From a virus (lineage: Duplodnaviria > Caudoviricetes), in IMG/VR virus record IMGVR_UViG_3300037722_001090: 64,000 bases of DNA, one strand, 5' to 3'. Of this stretch, positions 56,359-64,000 are shown piece by piece. The number at the start of each line of letters is the position of its first letter. Position 1 is the first letter of the stretch. The position numbers and the translations under genes are program-made. The notes below the pieces were generated by a model. That model saw only the letters and a program-made list of their open reading frames with translations, was not told where the DNA came from and did no database searches.

Positions 56359-57543
56359 ATGAGTGTAAATGGACAAAACTACTTTGCAAATATGGTCGCA
56401 GCACCCCAGATTCTTCAGGGCGCTCCTTCTTATAATGTAGAAGTTTCTGAGGGACAAACCCCTCCTGGTGAGTTTTATCCTGCTCAATACCTACCAATCG
56501 TACAAGATGAAGAGCGTATTGCAGGATCTGGCTTTGTACTTATGCCAGGTAAAGTTGTTGCTTATGATAGCAACAAGCGTCTTATCCCTGCTGGTCTAGG
56601 ACAAGACTTCACAAACGAGGTTGCATTAGCAACTTCTGGCGTGATTAAATATGGTGCACTTGACACCAAGCATGGCGTTGTTGCTCCTGATAATGCATAT
56701 GCACAAGCTGACGACTTTGTAGCTCCTGCTATGATCGCTGCTGGAATTACAGTAACCAACCCTGTTGGTATTATGCGCTATGCCGCACTAATGGCTCCAG
56801 GATCTAACCCTTCTAACCCTACCACATTCACTAAGCATGCTTATGATACAGGTGGAGCTAGAGCATATAGCCGTTGGTGCTATATTCAGGTTCCTGTTGT
56901 TGAGATTAATACTCGCCGTGAGGCTTGTGTTGTTGGAGATAACAAACATCGTATGCGTCTATATGCAGACGAATCTGCTACAAAAATCGCAATTCTTGAT
57001 GCAGGTAATCTAGCTGTTGCTACCTGTGTTCGTGTAGCTAGCCTTAATGGAGTTGATGGAGTAGCTGGAGATCCTACTTTCTTTACTGTTCAGGGTCGTA
57101 CCGTTCTATTTAACGGTGTTCTTCCTGCTGACTGGAAAGTTGAGTATGAGCCTAAAGTTGATCTTCCTTTTACTTGTATTAAGTATGCAGGCGGATCTGA
57201 TCCTGTTACCACATATGACAGTGCTATCCTAAACCCTAACACCGTTCTTCTTGGACAAGATGTTTGTTTTGATATTGAATCAAACTTCAAAATTCAAGGT
57301 GCAACTATCGACGCTAACGGATATAACATGACCGTTGGTCGTATTCTTGACTACAAGAATGGATCTAATGACGACCTTAAGCTTGTACGTACCTATTTCC
57401 GTGACTCCGGTCTATGGCAAGAACAGCCTGGTTCGGCTACAGACGGACGTAATACTCAGCTAAGCATTGTTAACGCTCCTAAGTGGATCGCAAGAATCGC
57501 TGTGAACTTTGAATCTAGCTTTAGCAAACTACCTACAGCATAA
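56359..57543 (+). CDS. putative capsid decoration/minor head protein
   Basis: Immediately upstream of the MCP; positional. Confidence 0.55.
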   Translation: MSVNGQNYFANMVAAPQILQGAPSYNVEVSEGQTPPGEFYPAQYLPIVQDEERIAGSGFVLMPGKVVAYDSNKRLIPAGLGQDFTNEVALATSGVIKYGALDTKHGVVAPDNAYAQADDFVAPAMIAAGITVTNPVGIMRYAALMAPGSNPSNPTTFTKHAYDTGGARAYSRWCYIQVPVVEINTRREACVVGDNKHRMRLYADESATKIAILDAGNLAVATCVRVASLNGVDGVAGDPTFFTVQGRTVLFNGVLPADWKVEYEPKVDLPFTCIKYAGGSDPVTTYDSAILNPNTVLLGQDVCFDIESNFKIQGATIDANGYNMTVGRILDYKNGSNDDLKLVRTYFRDSGLWQEQPGSATDGRNTQLSIVNAPKWIARIAVNFESSFSKLPTA

Positions 57544-57573
57544 GCAGTAGAAATTTAATGGAGGAATAAACAA

Positions 57574-58779
57574 ATGAATTTAGCAGCAAAACTACTACAG
57601 TTTGCAAAAGCTAATAAACTGATTGACTCAGAGACAAACATGAAGGGCGACATTAAACTTCGTGACATTCTTAATAAAGAAGATCTGTCACGTCTTGTCC
57701 CAATCGCAATCTCTGAAGTTGTAAGAGAAGCATCTGAATTTGAGCTTCTAGCTACCAAACTGTTTAAGAAAATTAACCAAAAAGAAGGTATCTATATTCA
57801 GCTACCTGCAATCGGCGCAATGGATACCATTGAAGAAGTTGCACCTGGCGCTGAGTACGGCACCGAAGAAATCACCCTTGGTGGTGGACAGGCTATTCGT
57901 GTTGACATCCGTAAATACGGTATCAAGCTTGCTCTTACTGAGGAAATGGTTGAACAGTCCCAGTGGGATGTTATCGGTGAATGGCTCAAAGCAGCTGGTA
58001 AGGCTTTCGCCCGTAAGAAAAACTGGATTCAGTTCCAGATGTTTGAAAGACAGGGACTAACCCTTGTTGACAACAAAAACCCTAACCATACTGTTCTTGG
58101 TCGTCCTCTTTCTGGTAAAGATGGCGTGGGTAACTTCAACTATTCGTTCACTGCAGAAGACTTCTTTGATATCTATGCTGCAATGCTTCAAGAAGGATTC
58201 GCTCCTGATGTAGTTGTTGTTCATCCTATGACCTGGGCAATCTGGGTTAAAGACCCTATCCTTCGTGCGTTTGCTATGACCAATGCTTCCGGTCCTATGT
58301 TTAACCAGTATGAAATGGGTAGTGTTAATCGTGAGCAGTACTTCGGTGGTCTTGGTAAATCTACCGGTGGAGCTGAACTAGGTGAAGATATGGCACCTGA
58401 CTATAAAGGTCGCCCTATTCTTCCTCCTTACCTTAATGTTCCTCTGAGCATTCTGGTATCGAAACAAGTTCCTTTTGATCCAGTTAATAAGCTTACCAGC
58501 ATGTATTTTGTAAATACTGAAAATGCTGGAGCTATTGTACAGGGCGAGGAAATCAACCATCACTCTTGGGCAGATCCCGAGCGTGACATCCAGATGATCA
58601 AACTTCGTGAGAAGTATGGTATCTCGATGCTTAACGAAGGTCGCGGAGTTGGAGTTGTTAAAAACATTCCTATCGTACCTAACCGTTGGGTTGATGGTCA
58701 GGTTCAGCCTACAATGGCAGTAGATGCTAACTCGAAGATGTTCCCTGAGGACATGACTGCTGCTGACGCAATGGTTTAA
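57574..58779 (+). CDS. major capsid protein (HK97-type)
   Basis: EVAPGAEY, IRKYGIKLALTEEM...QWDVI, PD.VVVHP.TW; strong codon bias; strong terminator follows. Confidence 0.9.
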   Translation: MNLAAKLLQFAKANKLIDSETNMKGDIKLRDILNKEDLSRLVPIAISEVVREASEFELLATKLFKKINQKEGIYIQLPAIGAMDTIEEVAPGAEYGTEEITLGGGQAIRVDIRKYGIKLALTEEMVEQSQWDVIGEWLKAAGKAFARKKNWIQFQMFERQGLTLVDNKNPNHTVLGRPLSGKDGVGNFNYSFTAEDFFDIYAAMLQEGFAPDVVVVHPMTWAIWVKDPILRAFAMTNASGPMFNQYEMGSVNREQYFGGLGKSTGGAELGEDMAPDYKGRPILPPYLNVPLSILVSKQVPFDPVNKLTSMYFVNTENAGAIVQGEEINHHSWADPERDIQMIKLREKYGISMLNEGRGVGVVKNIPIVPNRWVDGQVQPTMAVDANSKMFPEDMTAADAMV

Positions 58780-58806
58780 GTCGTTAATGGTTAGTTAGCA
58801 ATATAA

Positions 58807-58847
58807 AGAAAGGGTAGTCAGAGAAATCTGGCTACCCTTTTCTTTTT
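58807..58847 (+). terminator. intrinsic terminator after the capsid gene
   Basis: agaaagggtagtcaga-gaaa-tctggctaccctttct plus T run. Confidence 0.8.
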
Positions 58848-58894
58848 CTCTACAAGCCGTTAATAACAACTATCAAATATATATTCGAGGTTTT

Positions 58895-59233
58895 ATGGTA
58901 TTTACAGTTAACATCAAATGGCTTTCGTTTAAGCAAAATATTTCTAGCTTAAATCTCTTACTAAAAGATCAAATATCTACATACGCAATACTTCGCTACG
59001 CGCATGACATCCCAACTAGTGCATATAAACAGTCAATGAATCTGCTACTGGCAAATACTGATCAACTTTCTTATAAGAAACTAAAGACTCTTGTCGAAAA
59101 GTATGGTAAGGTTAATAATGTTGGCATCTTTATGAGCGATGAGCTAGAAGAGACAATTGACGTACACGTAGGTTTTAACCCAAACAGCGACATCATTATT
59201 AAAGATGGCGTATCAATGACAATGGAGTTCTAG
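58895..59233 (+). CDS. hypothetical protein
   Basis: GAGG RBS. Confidence 0.65.
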   Translation: MVFTVNIKWLSFKQNISSLNLLLKDQISTYAILRYAHDIPTSAYKQSMNLLLANTDQLSYKKLKTLVEKYGKVNNVGIFMSDELEETIDVHVGFNPNSDIIIKDGVSMTMEF

Positions 59234-59234
59234 T

Positions 59235-60263
59235 ATGGCGCTACATATTATATCAGCAGATCCTTATGATCTACAACAAAGCGTAGTAACAGACTCAAAA
59301 GTAGTTATTAGATTTGATGGTCCTATTGATCCATTTACAGTAAGTAATGGACTTAGTTTATATACACCATCCCCCGGACTTTGGACTGGACCAGATCTAG
59401 CAATACTAGATACCAAATACGCTGACGTTTTAGATGTGACACAAGAGTATACATATTTTCAGTACTCATACACAATAGACAATTACGTTAATGATGGTGG
59501 AGCTACCATTACTAATGGTCAGTTAACAGTTACCCCACTATTACCTTTCTTACCAGATAGAGATTATTATTTTGCAATCTATCCAGGTAATGATGCTAGT
59601 AGATATATATCTAAGCAAACATTTTCAGAGCCAGTATATACATTAGATCAGGCATCAACATCTCTAAATACAATATCAGTAAACTCAGCTTTTAGTGGCG
59701 ATGTAGCTGGAACATATAGTCTTGTAGTTACAGATGTAAATGGTACAGTAATAGGGATATCATCCACACTAAATGGGGTCACAGATTATCGAAGTGTCGA
59801 TATATCAAGTAATGTATTATTAGATTTAACAAAAATCAAACTATCCTTTAGTAGTCTTGATATAAATGGAGATCCTGTTATTTGGACAGTACTAGATCAA
59901 GTTGAGATTGATGTATTTCCAGCAGAAGGTATAGATGTTATAGCTAAAAATAAGTTTACTACTACGCATGTAGCACAAGGAAATTTTCCAAGTTCCACTA
60001 AGATCAACACACTTAGCAGTATAGGTAAAGACGCATCAACACTTAGGTTAATTAGCTCTATACCTGCTAATTTAACTTTAAATAATGTACGATATAATCC
60101 GATAACACTTAAGTTTAATCAAAACATAGATGCTATACAAGATATTGCTAGTAGAATTATGGTTAAAAGAAGAGATATGAATACTGGTGTCGTAAGAGCA
60201 GTTAAGTACTACTATAAGATTACCGACTCTACGGTAAAGCTTTATCTTACATCGCTCCAGTAA
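59235..60263 (+). CDS. virion protein with Ig-like repeats
   Basis: DPYDLQQSV...VVIRFDGPIDP...LTVTP..P...YY and PANLTLNN...ITLKFNQNID. Confidence 0.6.
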   Translation: MALHIISADPYDLQQSVVTDSKVVIRFDGPIDPFTVSNGLSLYTPSPGLWTGPDLAILDTKYADVLDVTQEYTYFQYSYTIDNYVNDGGATITNGQLTVTPLLPFLPDRDYYFAIYPGNDASRYISKQTFSEPVYTLDQASTSLNTISVNSAFSGDVAGTYSLVVTDVNGTVIGISSTLNGVTDYRSVDISSNVLLDLTKIKLSFSSLDINGDPVIWTVLDQVEIDVFPAEGIDVIAKNKFTTTHVAQGNFPSSTKINTLSSIGKDASTLRLISSIPANLTLNNVRYNPITLKFNQNIDAIQDIASRIMVKRRDMNTGVVRAVKYYYKITDSTVKLYLTSLQ

Positions 60264-60277
60264 AAGAAGGGGGTAGT

Positions 60278-60481
60278 ATGGCGAAGAAGGAAGATAAGTG
60301 GATTCAGAAGGCTATTAAGAAGCCTGGAGCACTAAGAAAGACTGCCGAGCGTCATGGCGCACTAAAGAATGGTATTGATCCAGCATGGCTTGATAAAGCA
60401 GCTTCTGGTGAAGGAGTAAGTAAGAAAACTGCTCAGCGAGCACGTTTAGCTAAAACACTAAAAAAAGTAAGGAGAAAGTAA
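60278..60481 (+). CDS. small basic phage protein
   Basis: WIQKAIKKPGALR...RARLAKTLKK, K/R-rich. Confidence 0.75.
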   Translation: MAKKEDKWIQKAIKKPGALRKTAERHGALKNGIDPAWLDKAASGEGVSKKTAQRARLAKTLKKVRRK

Positions 60482-60482
60482 C

Positions 60483-60623
60483 ATGGCATCGAAAGGTAAA
60501 GCAATGAGCGGTACTGTTCCTACTAAGAAGACTGGTAAGCCTTCTACTAAAGGATCTAAGACTGCAGTAGCGAATACAAGCAAGAAGTCTTTCCCATCAA
60601 AAGGGCGTAAGACTAGTAAGTAA
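60483..60623 (+). CDS. 46-aa Lys/Ser/Thr-rich basic peptide
   Basis: MASKGKAMSGTVPTKKTGK..., AGGAG upstream. Confidence 0.55.
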   Translation: MASKGKAMSGTVPTKKTGKPSTKGSKTAVANTSKKSFPSKGRKTSK

Positions 60624-60669
60624 TTTTTAGGGCTGTGAAAACAGCCCGCACAGCTTATAGGAGATACAA

Positions 60670-61902
60670 ATGGCAAGATTAACATTACCGAGAGTAGCAC
60701 CACCATCCATTGGTGCAACTATGCATGTCTATGCAGCAGGAACTGAAAATGAAGTTCAGCTATACAGTGATAGTGCATTTACTGTACCAGTAGCGCAACC
60801 TGTTACTTTAGGCATTAGTAATATAGATTTCTATACTAATGGAAATGTTAGAGTAGATATTAAGTTTATAGATACCATTTATAATGGTGGGTTTACTCTT
60901 ATTCCCGACCAGATTTTATTTGACTATAATGAAGCAATAGACCAAGGCCTATCTACTACAGACTCGCCTACATTCAACAATCTAACACTAACTAATGGCT
61001 ACCTAGGACATAAGATACAATCTAACAGCATCGATTTAAATGATAAGGCTAAGATTAACTTTATTGATTTTGATGTGGCAGAAGGTGCTGATGTTATTAA
61101 TGTGACTCCAAAAGGAGTTGGTACTTTTAATATTATCGAAATAAGCCCATCTGCTGGTCAAGTTGTATATACTGATACTAGATTTATTCCCGGTGTATAT
61201 GAGGTATTAATAGATGGGGCGCAAGTAGAACCATCTGCAATTGATACTTCTATTATAGGACAATTTACTCTGCTAGTAGATCCATCCTATATTACCTCTG
61301 ATAAGACAATACTTGTAAGAATATATACAAAAATTATAACATTAACTGAAGCAGAAATACGATTAGAATATATAGCATCACAGGGACAAACAGATTTCGT
61401 TAATTCTAATATTTTAGCTAATAAATGTAAAGTATCAGTTAATGGTAATATATTACCTACATCCGATTATATTGCAATCGATGGCACTCTAACTATATTT
61501 GATGGACTTAATCTTAATGATGAAGTATCTATTTTTGTTTTAACTGGAGAAGTTGCTAGTATTGAAGACTTAAAAGTAAGTGGTGTTAGAAGTGAATTAA
61601 TATCTTATTCTGCCAATGATACTCAAAATATATTGATTGATTATAGGAATGGTAACGTACTAATTAATTTTACTGCTGATATGGTTACATATAATGTATC
61701 GCCTGTTAATGGACCAGTCGGAGAAGAAGTAGAAATTATAGTATATGCTAAAAGTATTGGTAGTGCTTGGATTCCACAATGGTCAAATATATTATGGGAA
61801 AATGCTACTGAGCCTACTTTAGATGCTGACCTAACATATATAATCTGGTTAGGATGGAATGGAAGTCAATGGCTAGGTAAATTAGCAGGAGGGCCGTTCT
61901 AA
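60670..61902 (+). CDS. virion structural/tail-associated protein
   Basis: DQGLSTTDSPTFNNLTL tail-fibre-type motif, SQGQTDF...VSVNG..L...DY repeats. Confidence 0.65.
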   Translation: MARLTLPRVAPPSIGATMHVYAAGTENEVQLYSDSAFTVPVAQPVTLGISNIDFYTNGNVRVDIKFIDTIYNGGFTLIPDQILFDYNEAIDQGLSTTDSPTFNNLTLTNGYLGHKIQSNSIDLNDKAKINFIDFDVAEGADVINVTPKGVGTFNIIEISPSAGQVVYTDTRFIPGVYEVLIDGAQVEPSAIDTSIIGQFTLLVDPSYITSDKTILVRIYTKIITLTEAEIRLEYIASQGQTDFVNSNILANKCKVSVNGNILPTSDYIAIDGTLTIFDGLNLNDEVSIFVLTGEVASIEDLKVSGVRSELISYSANDTQNILIDYRNGNVLINFTADMVTYNVSPVNGPVGEEVEIIVYAKSIGSAWIPQWSNILWENATEPTLDADLTYIIWLGWNGSQWLGKLAGGPF

Positions 61903-62534
61903 TGTCTTTACTTAATACTAGAAGTGGAATTAATATACATGATACAGGACCAGTAATAGCAACTCCTAAAACATATGCATCATTTGATCCTGAATTTACA
62001 CCTGAACAATTTACTTTATATAATGATAACTATAGCATATCAACAGATACGGCTTCATGGAATACAGCATATCTTAAAAATGTACCAATTTCAGGAATGT
62101 GGGCGATGGAGGTAACACCACACCAGACACTACAGTCATTTTACCCACATAGAGGATATTTTATGGGGATATCGGCGTTTAAAACCCTCTCAACATATAT
62201 AGGTGGGTTTTTCTATTCTACAGGATATATACCATATTTAGGTAGGCAGTATCTCAATAATACATATCAGGCAAACTACTGGAAAATAAATATAACACCA
62301 AATATTCCTATACTTATGGTTATAGATTTTGATTATACTCGAATAGGGATACAGCAAGGCACTGAATTAAGGTGGAGTAATACTAATAATACTTTATGTA
62401 AATATGTTGGATTAAGCCTTTATGATATACAAGATGGAATATTCCAATTAACAATAAATACAGGACAGCAGCCTTTTTCACCAGAGAATAAAACATTATT
62501 ACCAGAAGGGTGTAATGAGGGATTATGGATTTAA
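61902..62534 (+). CDS. SPRY-like domain virion protein
   Basis: FDP..T...FTLYNDN......W.......SGMWAMEV. Confidence 0.5.
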   Translation: MSLLNTRSGINIHDTGPVIATPKTYASFDPEFTPEQFTLYNDNYSISTDTASWNTAYLKNVPISGMWAMEVTPHQTLQSFYPHRGYFMGISAFKTLSTYIGGFFYSTGYIPYLGRQYLNNTYQANYWKINITPNIPILMVIDFDYTRIGIQQGTELRWSNTNNTLCKYVGLSLYDIQDGIFQLTINTGQQPFSPENKTLLPEGCNEGLWI

Positions 62535-62561
62535 TAAGATATTTAAAGGATATATATATAA

Positions 62562-62984
62562 ATGGGTATTTTAAATAGACTAAATAAAAGAGGAACCGTA
62601 GCTGAATTTCTCTCTAATATAACTGAAAATAGATGGTTCTCCCCTTCTATTATGACCTCGTGGATACGTACTGTATTATCAACCCATACTGAACTTGGAA
62701 CAGTTGGAGCTACTGCTATTCTTGATATGGGTGGTGCTTATTCAAAAAGCTTTTCTGTTACGTTACCAGAAGCAACTGACGTGTCATTTAGTATTATAAA
62801 TACACCAGTAGGGATTAGAAGTGATGTGCTTATCATATTAACTTCTGGAGCGACCCTTGGTGTTTTAGATGTAACAGGATTCAATGGCTGGACAGATCCC
62901 AATCCATCAGTAGTAACTGAATATAGCTTATTAACAATTGATGATGGTGCTACTTGGGAGGTTGTTAGTCGTGAACGAGCGTAG
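62562..62984 (+). CDS. putative virion protein
   Basis: YSLLTIDDGATW motif, structural context. Confidence 0.6.
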   Translation: MGILNRLNKRGTVAEFLSNITENRWFSPSIMTSWIRTVLSTHTELGTVGATAILDMGGAYSKSFSVTLPEATDVSFSIINTPVGIRSDVLIILTSGATLGVLDVTGFNGWTDPNPSVVTEYSLLTIDDGATWEVVSRERA

Positions 62985-62986
62985 AT

Positions 62987-63727
62987 ATGAATAACAGACG
63001 CAGAGCATTATATACAGCCAGAACACAGCCAAAATTTCTTTTTAGAGGCGATTGGACAAATGCTGTTGATCGCGCACTAGTGTCTGGGGAGACACTAACA
63101 ACTAATTCGGATGGAATTTTTGATGGATATGCTACTATAAGAGAGAGTAATGCCAATACATTAAATATTCAAAGTGGATTTGTGAAATGGATTTTTAATA
63201 CTACCTCTAATACAGATATGGCAGGTATTTATAGTCAATTTGTACCTATGATTAATGGACTTGGGTTTTTTTGTGATGTATCCCCATATCAAATGCAACC
63301 TAATGATGGTTTGCGTTTCTTGATTCAAAATACTTCATCTTTTGATATTAATTCTCCTACTAATGTATGGTGTGCTTTATATAATGGCAATGGTGGTAAA
63401 AAACTAACAGTATCAGGAACTAATCAACTAACACAACATTTATTTGAATATGCAGCTTTACATTTAGAAAGAATTCAAATAGGTATAATTGTAACCACTA
63501 CACTATATTATTTTTTTGTTAAAATTCCTTCAGTTGCACCAACATGGACTTTAAGTGCAACCCTCCCGGTTATTACATTAATGGGAAGTGTTAGATTATG
63601 TATTACTCATTACACAGGAGCTAACCAGCTTTATAAAGCAAGTATTCCAGATTATGATTATACAAATCAAGTAGTTGGTGCAACTCTCGGTGATAGTGGG
63701 TTTGTATTTCCATATATAGATTATTAA
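62987..63727 (+). CDS. putative virion protein (beta-rich)
   Basis: Structural context. Confidence 0.6.
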   Translation: MNNRRRALYTARTQPKFLFRGDWTNAVDRALVSGETLTTNSDGIFDGYATIRESNANTLNIQSGFVKWIFNTTSNTDMAGIYSQFVPMINGLGFFCDVSPYQMQPNDGLRFLIQNTSSFDINSPTNVWCALYNGNGGKKLTVSGTNQLTQHLFEYAALHLERIQIGIIVTTTLYYFFVKIPSVAPTWTLSATLPVITLMGSVRLCITHYTGANQLYKASIPDYDYTNQVVGATLGDSGFVFPYIDY

Positions 63728-63788
63728 CAATATATCACCCAATTGATAGTATCAGAATTAATATGTCATAATATACAAGGAGACTCAT

Positions 63789-64000
63789 ATGAGCTACCCA
63801 CTTTTTTCAAGAATAGAAAATAACATAATCACAACTCCATCTAGACTACCATTAAAATATGAATATATTGTAGATGGAGTAACAAGAACAGCAAGCAACT
63901 TTAGAGCATTAGAATCTAGACCAGCAGATGCAGTTAAGTATGGATTTTACGAATATGTAACACCTGCTTATGATACAGTAACACAAAAGCTAGATGGATT
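63789..64000 (+). CDS. partial ORF running off the window
   Basis: AGGAG RBS, MSYPLFSRIENN..., no stop before the window end. Confidence 0.6.
   Translation, partial: MSYPLFSRIENNIITTPSRLPLKYEYIVDGVTRTASNFRALESRPADAVKYGFYEYVTPAYDTVTQKLDG

Noticed and set aside
1-64000. Stop-codon reassignment suggested by TTA/CTA-like tRNAs
   Set aside because: Conserved genes (terL, portal, MCP, Ro60, cca) are full length under the standard code, and many genes end in TAA or TAG
1-64000. Prophage or host-chromosome context, rRNA, IS elements
   Set aside because: No integrase, transposase, rRNA or host housekeeping genes were recognised; the whole window has phage organisation

Overview
A 64-kb segment of a large tailed dsDNA phage genome with two divergent arms meeting at about 39.9-40.2 kb. 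The left arm (1-39.9 kb, almost all minus strand) is an early/accessory region. It holds a dense tRNA cluster (about 11 canonical tRNAs plus many atypical, miniature, split or insertion-bearing tRNA-like genes) invaded by HNH and GIY-YIG endonucleases. It also has an RNA-repair-type module (Ro60/TROVE, a circularly permuted tRNA-like YrlA-type Y RNA and a shorter paralogue, an RlaP-like nucleotidyltransferase, a CCA-adding enzyme and a phosphoesterase), and TerB/TerC/TerB-like genes around a 1.1-kb non-coding candidate RNA. Further features are two pilin-like peptides, an AT-rich repeat region (candidate origin) and a 1.2-kaa single-chain two-barrel RNA polymerase (DxDGD; YonO/cellular-RdRP-like). 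Upstream of that polymerase is an array of tiny genes separated by terminator-plus-hairpin units. The right arm (40.2-64 kb, plus strand) is the morphogenesis operon: terminase, portal, prohead protease/scaffold, major capsid protein and further virion proteins. All calls are by eye from sequence motifs; no searches or folding programs were run.
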